This document shows, one piece after another, positions 30,503 through 37,878 of a stretch of 64,000 bases of DNA. The position numbers and the translations under genes were made by a program. The notes under the pieces are model-generated. The model ran no database searches and was not told where the DNA came from. It worked only from the letters and a program-made list of their open reading frames with translations. The DNA comes from Maricaulis sp. (GTDB lineage Bacteria; Pseudomonadota; Alphaproteobacteria; Caulobacterales; Maricaulaceae). Each line of letters opens with the position of its first letter. Position 1 is the first letter of the stretch. The DNA is taken from assembly GCF_017642925.1 (NCBI RefSeq), contig NZ_JAEPOL010000002.1, forward strand, positions 138,457 to 202,456, written 5' to 3'.

Positions 30503-31087
30503 TTAGTGGCTCACCAGTTCGCGCCGGAAGTCGGAGCTGAACAAGTCCTCGTTCGCTTTCGCCGGCGCCGTGCCTTCGTCCGGGTAGAGCCAAGTCCTCG
30601 CATTATCAGCGGTAAGGACAAACAGCTCCGACGTTGCCCAGGCCACGCGATCACCAACCGCCGCGGTGAAGGCCGGCTGTACTGCGCCGGGCCTGCGAGG
30701 ATCGCTCGTCGTGTACCAGTGTGCCGCAGCAAAGAAGATTTCGTTTTCCTTGCAAGCGGCCACCGACTTGTACTGCGCGATGCCTGACGGCGATGTGAGA
30801 CGTGCGCGATAGCGGATCATCGGAATAAGGGCGCGCTGTTCTGGAAACCAGTCCGCGGTAGGGTCGGGAGCCGCCGGCGGGTTGGATGCTTCAATGCCGA
30901 TCGGAAGCAGCAGTTTCTCGAGCTGTCCGCCCTTGTTGATGATGACCGGAAAGGCGTTGCCGTACGACACCGTCGTACCCATCCGCCACTCTGCGTGTCC
31001 ACGGGTATCGAGATCGATATTGCCGGCCAGGCTGAACGCCGACAGCATGACGTGCTCGTCACACATGACGAGGTGCGAAACCTCCAT
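30503..31087 (-). CDS. Hypothetical protein (~194 aa)
   Basis: Protein-like ORF; start reassigned to ATG 31087 (GGAGA-like context is ambiguous); AT-rich promoter-like region upstream. Confidence 0.55.
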   Translation of the reverse strand: MEVSHLVMCDEHVMLSAFSLAGNIDLDTRGHAEWRMGTTVSYGNAFPVIINKGGQLEKLLLPIGIEASNPPAAPDPTADWFPEQRALIPMIRYRARLTSPSGIAQYKSVAACKENEIFFAAAHWYTTSDPRRPGAVQPAFTAAVGDRVAWATSELFVLTADNARTWLYPDEGTAPAKANEDLFSSDFRRELVSH

Positions 31088-31375
31088 GGGAGATATCCTT
31101 ATCTTGACAATTTTGGGGGAATGGGTGACACCGCCACCCAACATTATCAGAATGTACACAAGTAATTGAAATTTGCAAGAAAATTATTTTACAGGTCAAC
31201 CAAACATTTCTGCCGACTACGTCGATTGTCCAAACAGGTCTGATGCGCGTCAACTTTCCACTTCGCGCCCACTCACCAAAATATAGTTTTTATGCAGTTT
31301 ACCAGAAACCTCTGCCGGCCAACACCCGCCCTCTAAGGTCTACAAATTCCTTAAGAGACTAAACAAACAAGTTAG

Positions 31376-31624
31376 TTATGCGGCTCGAAAGCCTATATGC
31401 GTCCTGCTCGCGAAGGCCCTTAAGTACTCGATCTTGCTGAAGAAGCACTCGACGGGATTACGACATCGACAAAGGAAAGGGCTGAAGCTGGGCGGGCTCT
31501 TGCGGCGCGAGACCGGCTTGATGCAGCCCCACGCGCCTTGTGATTTCAGGCTCTCACGCTGGGCGTCTGAGTCATAGGCCAGGTCAGCCAACAGGATCTG
31601 GCCTTCGCCGATGTGATCGAGCAT
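31376..31624 (-). pseudogene. IS5-family transposase C-terminal remnant
   Basis: LLADLAYDSD and RNPVECFFSKIEYLRAFASR resemble the degenerate D/E catalytic segments of IS5 (ADKGYD...RNxVERFF). Confidence 0.75.
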
Positions 31625-31642
31625 GTCGGCCGCGCGCGCCCG

Positions 31643-33688
31643 TCAGCTGACCAACACAACCACAGCTTCCGGCGGCAACACCCGCATGACCGGAATGGTC
31701 CGAGTGACGGGTGGCTCAGCAATGAGAGCTTTCCATTCAACATCCGTCAGCCCACGCTCGTTCCATACATAACCTGTGTCCGCACTCCGCAAGTTGATGC
31801 AACGGGTCAATCCCCGATCCTGGAGGTAGGCTGTGGCATTGCGAGCTCGATGGGCAGGGGAACGATCCGGAAGCACGCCTTGACTTTCATCCTCCGCCGC
31901 CAACGCCTCCGCCATGACATCCATGGATGTGGGAAGGTCGGCATTATCGAGCAAACGCCCAATGACCCCGAGGTCCAACCGCACCACGTCCAACCGAGTG
32001 TCCTCCCATTTCAGCTCGTATGAGAAGGTCCAAACGAGGTTCGCGTTATCAAGTTCGAACATCGGCCGATGTCCATTCTTCGTAACGCGATCGATGCTTA
32101 AATCGGACAGATCGATCAAGTTGGCGATCGGCCCCTCCACCGTTACCCTAATATCTCCAGCGCCCCGACCATCTTTCTGAGGACCTACAGGCGTAAGCAC
32201 AATTCGACTGACGAGTCCGCGAAGCAACTCTTTAGCGCGCGCAGCTTCCGCCTCGTCAGCCTGAAGGTCTGTGGTGAGGCCATCAATGGTGTCAGAGATC
32301 GCAGCGATAATCTCATCGGTCTCGCCGAGGGGCATCGGTGGTGGCGTACGCTGGATCCGGGTTTCCAGCTGCCGCTTGTCTGCGCCAAGCTGATCCAGCC
32401 TCTTGATTAGCATTTCGCTTGCGTATGAAGTCTCGCGCGCGCTGGAGAGCTGGTCCATCAGATTGCTGATACGAGTTTCAACATCCTGAAGAGAGGCGGT
32501 CTGGTTCCTAAGCCTTTCTGCTTGGTCCGCATGCGCGCGCTGGACTTCATCGCGAAAAGCATCAAGCGCCGGCCCGAGCACAACCGCGTCCAGGATATGC
32601 TGTTTAATTTTTTGAAAGACGGTTCCCTCGACGACATCTCGGAAGACCCGCCGCGTATTTGTGCATATGCCCTTATCGCGCCGTCCAGTACACAGATACT
32701 TCCCATCAGACACGATCGCCGTTGATCCGCACTCGCCACAATACACCATTCCACTGAATGCAAAACGGTTTCGCTTTTTCCGGAAGAATGGCCGATCCAG
32801 ATGTTCTGCGAGACGCGCCTGGTTTCGATCCCAGAGTTCTTGGTCGATGATTCTTAATTCGGGGTGATTCGAGATCAGCCTTTCCGCTTCGGATTTATAC
32901 GTCATTTTTACTTCGCCCTTGCGCAGGCGACGGTGGGTTTTTCTGAATTGAAACTGGCCGATGTAGATTGGGTTTCTCAGAATCCCACTCCCGCCCTGGC
33001 GATTGCCCAGGAGAGCGCCTGGCCTCCAGAGTTTACCCTTGGGGCTGGGGACGCCTTCAGCATTCAGGGTCTTGCAAATCTCGAACGTAGTTCGGCCTGC
33101 GTCGAACTCAATGTGAATTCGCCGAACAATCGAGGCCTTATCAGGGTCTATCTCACGGAGACCATTGATAGGCTCCCCGCGATCGTCAAACCTGGCAACC
33201 TTACGGTAACCGTAAGCGACCGAGCCTGACATACGCCCTTGGCTAATAGCGAGCTCCTGACCGCGTTTGGATTTTGCAACGTTCTGCTTGATGAATTGCT
33301 GGTTCTGAACGGCCTTAAAGGCGAGTTCGATATCAGAAACGACACCACCGCTGACCGTACACAGAACCACTTCAAGCTCTTCAAGTTGCTTAGCAATAAA
33401 GTGCATGTCGGAGGCATCGCGACTGGCGCGATCAATGTCCTCGACGAGGAGAACGTCAAACTCTCCTAGTTCGGCCGCCTGCAACATCTTGAACAAGCCG
33501 ACCCTACCTTGTGTCGTGGTTCCTGAACGTTCGGCATCGCTATAGCGTCCAGCCTCCCGCCAGCCACGTTCAGCCGCGTAATTTGCGCAAAGGCGCTCCT
33601 GGCCCTCAATTGAGCTCTGGCTTTGTCTGTCAGTCGAGTAACGGCTGTAGAACGCGACCCGACTACCGTGTGGCGGCATACTTTTCAT
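31643..33688 (-). CDS. Large serine recombinase (resolvase + recombinase + Zn-ribbon + coiled coil)
   Basis: VAFYSRYSTDRQ catalytic Ser, EDIDRASRD, AYGYRK, NPIYIG, FSGMVYCGECG..YLC..C; extra C-terminal region of about 150 aa. Confidence 0.92.
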   Translation of the reverse strand: MKSMPPHGSRVAFYSRYSTDRQSQSSIEGQERLCANYAAERGWREAGRYSDAERSGTTTQGRVGLFKMLQAAELGEFDVLLVEDIDRASRDASDMHFIAKQLEELEVVLCTVSGGVVSDIELAFKAVQNQQFIKQNVAKSKRGQELAISQGRMSGSVAYGYRKVARFDDRGEPINGLREIDPDKASIVRRIHIEFDAGRTTFEICKTLNAEGVPSPKGKLWRPGALLGNRQGGSGILRNPIYIGQFQFRKTHRRLRKGEVKMTYKSEAERLISNHPELRIIDQELWDRNQARLAEHLDRPFFRKKRNRFAFSGMVYCGECGSTAIVSDGKYLCTGRRDKGICTNTRRVFRDVVEGTVFQKIKQHILDAVVLGPALDAFRDEVQRAHADQAERLRNQTASLQDVETRISNLMDQLSSARETSYASEMLIKRLDQLGADKRQLETRIQRTPPPMPLGETDEIIAAISDTIDGLTTDLQADEAEAARAKELLRGLVSRIVLTPVGPQKDGRGAGDIRVTVEGPIANLIDLSDLSIDRVTKNGHRPMFELDNANLVWTFSYELKWEDTRLDVVRLDLGVIGRLLDNADLPTSMDVMAEALAAEDESQGVLPDRSPAHRARNATAYLQDRGLTRCINLRSADTGYVWNERGLTDVEWKALIAEPPVTRTIPVMRVLPPEAVVVLVS

Positions 33689-33693
33689 AGAAT

Positions 33694-33894
33694 CTAGTCC
33701 TTCTCGGGTTCATCGCCCTTAGGGAGAGCGAAGTACGTCCTCGCCGATAGGCGAGCGATTGCGATTGATAGCGGCATCAGACTCGCAGAGAGCGGATCCA
33801 TAGACCTGCTCAATTCAGCCTCTTGGCGCTGACGACGGTTTTGTTGAAGCGTCTTGAGGATACGGTGGCTGCTGAGCTCAAGATCGGGTGCCAT
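33694..33894 (-). CDS. Small hypothetical protein (66 aa) upstream of the recombinase
   Basis: GGAG SD; its stop lies 5 bp before the recombinase ATG. Confidence 0.55.
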   Translation of the reverse strand: MAPDLELSSHRILKTLQQNRRQRQEAELSRSMDPLSASLMPLSIAIARLSARTYFALPKGDEPEKD

Positions 33895-33910
33895 CGTTTT
33901 GTCTCCGTAC

Positions 33911-33944
33911 TTTTTATCGGCAAAATCTATTAGTCCGATAAAAA
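33911..33944. promoter_or_regulatory. Inverted-repeat operator in the divergent promoter
   Basis: Perfect 10-bp arms TTTTTATCGG-N14-CCGATAAAAA between the 33894(-) and 34016(+) starts. Confidence 0.6.
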
Positions 33945-34015
33945 ATCGTCAACTTAGATTTTGATATATATCTTCCCTCTGCTAACTGCTTCGTGGTTCA
34001 AATGAGAACGAGGGT

Positions 34016-34582
34016 TTGGCTCTTGTGATTTTACAGTTCGAACAGAGCATCCACGGGCCGGCTCGCATCGCCGAGATGACTGGCCTCTCTATGGACGGAC
34101 AGAGGAACTGGCGACTGCGCGGCCACCTCCCGCCCAGCGACGGGCCGAGAGGGAAAATGACAAGCTCTGCAGTCGCTGCCTTGGCAGTCCGTTCGTCTGC
34201 TGCTGATCTAGGCTTTCCCGCCAAAGACAGCGCGTCCTTAGGCGAAACAGCAGGACCAAGCGTTCTCTACTCAGCGCTCTTGGACTTTCCTCAAGCCGCC
34301 ATCCAACTGATCGGATCACCCGACAACAAGAAAGCGTTCTGGAAGGCGTTCGAAGACAGTACGCATCATGCCGGACTTATCTCCGGGCTCGGACCTCAAC
34401 AACCATCGTCGGCGATATGCTGGCACGACAACGATCCACCCAGATTACTACCAAATCCAAACTCAGGCCTCGTTGAAGGCTATGAAGTGACTTTTCGCCA
34501 AATCAGTCTTCCAGGGGTGGGGGCGAGGCTTGTCCGGTATGCAGGGCAGCCACTTTTCACCGTCCACATTTCAGACGCTTGA
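34016..34582 (+). CDS. Hypothetical protein with MerR-like N-terminal HTH
   Basis: PARIAEMTGLSMDGQRNWRLRGHLP resembles the MerR-type HTH (A..TG.....RNW..RG.L). Confidence 0.55.
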   Translation: MALVILQFEQSIHGPARIAEMTGLSMDGQRNWRLRGHLPPSDGPRGKMTSSAVAALAVRSSAADLGFPAKDSASLGETAGPSVLYSALLDFPQAAIQLIGSPDNKKAFWKAFEDSTHHAGLISGLGPQQPSSAICWHDNDPPRLLPNPNSGLVEGYEVTFRQISLPGVGARLVRYAGQPLFTVHISDA

Positions 34583-34583
34583 T

Positions 34584-34796
34584 TTAGTCGAGGAATGAAC
34601 ACTCAGACGTAGAGACGCATTTCAGGGCTTCGACCCACTCCAAAAGGTCAACGATATCGTAAGCGACGCGGCGCCCGATCTTGACGAAGCGAGGCCCGCC
34701 ACCAGTAAGGCGAAGCTTGTTAAGATAGCTGGCGCTGAGATTGAAGCGTTCGGCGACTTGAGCCGTGTTGAGCAAGTTGGGCGTAGAGGCAGTCAT
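34584..34796 (-). CDS. AlpA/excisionase-like HTH protein
   Basis: LLNTAQVAERFNLSASYLNKLRLTGGGPRFVKIGRRVAYDIVDL. Confidence 0.88.
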   Translation of the reverse strand: MTASTPNLLNTAQVAERFNLSASYLNKLRLTGGGPRFVKIGRRVAYDIVDLLEWVEALKCVSTSECSFLD

Positions 34797-34924
34797 TGTT
34801 CATCCTATTCCTTGCAATCGCAGGGAACGCGATCGTTAAGGAGGAGTAAGCCAAATTTTCAGACTCTTATTACCCCCTCAATAAACTGCCTTGGGTAATT
34901 CCCATTCATGCTCCGAAGGGGGCG

Positions 34925-36016
34925 CTAGCTTTTTTTCGGCGGACGCCCTGGCTTCCCCTTACGGCTCCGCGCCATAAAACGACCCTCCGATTCCCATTCT
35001 AAAAATTTATTGCGAAATTGCTCATACTTAGGGAGTGAGGCAGATAGCTCTCCAGTGCGCTGAGCCTCCATGATCGCGTCATAGATCTTCTCGAGCCCCA
35101 GGTTGCGCATTGTCGGCATGTTTTCTGCAAGCCAACTGATAGCGGCGGCATACCAACGGGCCTCCGCTTCCTGCTTACGGAGCTGTCCTTCATAGTCTCC
35201 TTTGCGCTGGCGAGTCTCTTGAGTTTGGTCCCACTGTTCAACGTGGGATGCGAAACGACGCGCTACAAACTCTGCTGAAGCTGCACCTGCATCGTACGAT
35301 GCTCTTAGGGCGTCCAGAACAAAGTCTCTGGCGGAACCACTCCCAATAGCCTCGCGGACTTCTTCCAAAGCGCGCAAGAGCGCGCTCACAGCAAGGGCCC
35401 AGTGAATTGGGGCTCCCGGAGGAAAGCGTTCATAGAATTTGGGGTTAAATTTAACACTTCCCCACGTATCGCTGGCCGGCTTTTGATGGGTCTTGCCTTC
35501 GGATGAAACCGCACGAGCGACCGTATAAAGCGGATCTCCCGGATAATGAGCCGCAATACAAGCTCCATGTGGCACGTACGCCCAACATAACGCCTCATTC
35601 CGCCAAACCCACGCTAAAGCTAGCTCCGTGGATGCATCGCCAAAGCTAGGAAAATTATAAGCTTGGAAGATCGTATTGATCGCGTCTGAAGCTTCGGCGC
35701 GGCCTTCCGCGCTCTGAAAGTCTGCGAATTCCCATCGTTGATACATCAATTGTAAAACTTGGGCGCCATCAGCATCGGCGTGGAGACGAGCGCCTACTTG
35801 GTCAAAGCCTTTCCCCATAACCAGCGCGTCAGATCGCGACCGAACCTGTTTGAAGTCGTCCAGCAACCAGCCATGCTCGCCTTCATTCAGAGAAAGCTCC
35901 GCCCAAGGTGGTGGTGGCATCTCCAGCGTTGTTTCGACGGATGTACGCGTTTCATGCCATGCGGCATCAAACTCGACCTCGCCACCGATTAGGACCCTGG
36001 GTGCGTCGTCATCCAT
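34925..36016 (-). CDS. Hypothetical protein (363 aa), basic AT-hook-like C-terminus
   Basis: Long ORF between the integrase and AlpA genes; ends in RKGKPGRPPKKS. Confidence 0.7.
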   Translation of the reverse strand: MDDDAPRVLIGGEVEFDAAWHETRTSVETTLEMPPPPWAELSLNEGEHGWLLDDFKQVRSRSDALVMGKGFDQVGARLHADADGAQVLQLMYQRWEFADFQSAEGRAEASDAINTIFQAYNFPSFGDASTELALAWVWRNEALCWAYVPHGACIAAHYPGDPLYTVARAVSSEGKTHQKPASDTWGSVKFNPKFYERFPPGAPIHWALAVSALLRALEEVREAIGSGSARDFVLDALRASYDAGAASAEFVARRFASHVEQWDQTQETRQRKGDYEGQLRKQEAEARWYAAAISWLAENMPTMRNLGLEKIYDAIMEAQRTGELSASLPKYEQFRNKFLEWESEGRFMARSRKGKPGRPPKKS

Positions 36017-36088
36017 TCAATCAATCTCTTTACGCAATCAGTCGATAGATTGACGAGCTAAGCTTTCTTGATGAAGCCGTGCTCAATG

Positions 36089-37339
36089 TCACCTTCCAGC
36101 GAGCGCTGCAGCGGCAGCGTCTGAGGTTGCTAGGGCAGCCTGCCTAACGGGGTCGTCAGCCAAATGAGCATACTGAGCCGTAGTCTTCACATCCTTGTGT
36201 CCGAGTAACTTGCCAATCAGAGGCAGAGACTGTCCGTCAGCTGCTGCTAAGCTTGCATATGTGTGCCGCAAGTCATGAAGCCTCACCTCAGGCAAACCCG
36301 CCTGTTCACGCACTCGATTCCAAACCTTTGGCGTGCCCACATAGTGTCGATGCTTTTCTCTCGGGTTTTCTATGAGCTGGCGCTCAGCTGGAAAGACAAA
36401 AGGTGATGTCGGATCCCGTTCCACACCCTGAAGCACTTCCAGAGCGGCCGGCCCGATAGGAACCACTTTTGCACCTGTCTTAGAGTCCTGCAGCAACAAC
36501 CGACTTCCAGAGACATCTACCTCACTCCACCGCAAACCCTCGATCTCGCTTTTTCGCGCACCCGTTAGAATTAAGAGCCGAATGATCCCACGCCCTTTGG
36601 CGCTAAGGTCCTGCTGAAGCAGCGCTGCGCCTACTCGACCGAGTTCTTCAGATGACAGGTATCGTTGTGAGCTGCCGTCCTTAAAACGCTTAACGCCATG
36701 AACCGGATTGTCTGAGCGCATCTTCCGCTTCATCGCGAATGTGAATATCGCTCCCAAAAGCCCCGTCGTTCTGGTGGCCGTACCTTTACCCCCACGGGCA
36801 ACAGGATCTGAGCGACGTCGGGTGCCTGTTCCTTTGACAGCAGTCTTCCCCTCCGCCACATCTCTAATAAAGCGCTCAATATCGGCGGATGTCACAGTGG
36901 AAACAGACTGCTTGCCAAGAAGAGGTTTTATGTGGCGCTCGATCCTCAATCGGTCTGTCGCGAGAGTTGACTCCTTTTTCGTCGCCGCGCCCTCCACAAG
37001 GTAGAGATCACAAAGCTGAGAGACCTTAAGCTCGGTTCTAGAACGGCTTCGCTCTTCGCGCGGATCCACACCCAATTGAGCCTGACCAAGGAGACGCTTC
37101 GCCTCGCTCCTGGCCTCATCGGGTGTGAGCTTACCATGCTGTCCAATCGTGTATTCCTGCCAAGGAGCACCTCGCCCGCCATGCCCGAGACGATAACCAA
37201 TGATGTAGACCTTCCTCCCCTTGGGAGACACTCGAAGTCCGAACCCGGAAAGGTCGCTATCCCAGAGCCTGTATGAAGCGGATCCCGGTACGGCTGCATC
37301 GATCGTACGTTTTGAAAGCCTCACCTTGCCGGCTGACAT
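36089..37339 (-). CDS. Tyrosine recombinase/integrase 2 (Arm-DNA-bind_3 type)
   Basis: WDSDLSGFGLRV; catalytic TGARKSE, DSKTG, HDLRHT, GH, QYAH; start reassigned to ATG 37339. Confidence 0.95.
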   Translation of the reverse strand: MSAGKVRLSKRTIDAAVPGSASYRLWDSDLSGFGLRVSPKGRKVYIIGYRLGHGGRGAPWQEYTIGQHGKLTPDEARSEAKRLLGQAQLGVDPREERSRSRTELKVSQLCDLYLVEGAATKKESTLATDRLRIERHIKPLLGKQSVSTVTSADIERFIRDVAEGKTAVKGTGTRRRSDPVARGGKGTATRTTGLLGAIFTFAMKRKMRSDNPVHGVKRFKDGSSQRYLSSEELGRVGAALLQQDLSAKGRGIIRLLILTGARKSEIEGLRWSEVDVSGSRLLLQDSKTGAKVVPIGPAALEVLQGVERDPTSPFVFPAERQLIENPREKHRHYVGTPKVWNRVREQAGLPEVRLHDLRHTYASLAAADGQSLPLIGKLLGHKDVKTTAQYAHLADDPVRQAALATSDAAAAALAGR

Positions 37340-37484
37340 CAGCGCCTCCATTATCCAGCACATTTCCAGCACAGCAAGGTGAAACGCAGGAAACCTCCAG
37401 CAAAACCATGCCAGCTTTAACCCGTTATTTATAGCAATATTGGACCCCATGGTAGGGAGGGAAACTCCAGGAAACACACTTCTT

Positions 37485-37534
37485 CTGCCCTCCGAAGGCA
37501 GAGGTCAGAGGTTCGAATCCTCTTGGGTGCGCCA
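37485..37534 (+). repeat. att site: 3' part of tRNA-Arg(CCG), direct repeat copy 2
   Basis: CTGCC-CTCCGAA-GGCAG anticodon stem-loop (CCG), T-arm and CCA; 37488-37534 is identical to 12764-12810; 5' half of the tRNA absent. Confidence 0.92.
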
Positions 37535-37537
37535 CTC

Positions 37538-37745
37538 TTCCTTTGTTCCCGCTCCGCTCGACCCGGGCCTGTCATCGCTTTCAGCGTTGGGGTCGATGCT
37601 CACATGGAACGCGCTCAGGGCTGTGGGGTTTGGACTCGATCGCGTCGGGCCCGTCATCTTTCCTTTGTTCCCGCTCCGCTCGACCCGGGCCTGTCATCGC
37701 TTTCAGCGTTGGGGTCGATGCTCACATGGAACGCGCTCAGGGCTG
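37538..37745. repeat. Tandem duplication of an 86-bp hairpin-forming unit (37538-37623 and 37660-37745)
   Basis: Two identical 86-bp copies with a 122-bp period, read directly from the sequence. Confidence 0.9.
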
Positions 37746-37801
37746 CGAACGCGGACCCGCCGGGTTCGGAATTTCGCTTCATTCGTCCGCCGTATCCGAC
37801 C

Positions 37802-37835
37802 AAAAAAGAAGCGGCGGGCGCATGGCCCGCCGTTT
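37802..37835 (-). terminator. Intrinsic terminator of the TonB-dependent receptor gene
   Basis: CGGCGGGC-gcatg-GCCCGCCG stem followed by CTTCTTTTTT on the minus strand. Confidence 0.75.
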
Positions 37836-37878
37836 CCCAGCCCGGTGCCGCCGTCAGGACCGGCGACATCCCCCCGGT

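Noticed and set aside
37538-37745. CRISPR array interpretation of the repeat / 36-bp spacer / repeat
   Set aside because: The repeat is 86 bp, far longer than CRISPR repeats; there are only two copies and no cas genes in the window.
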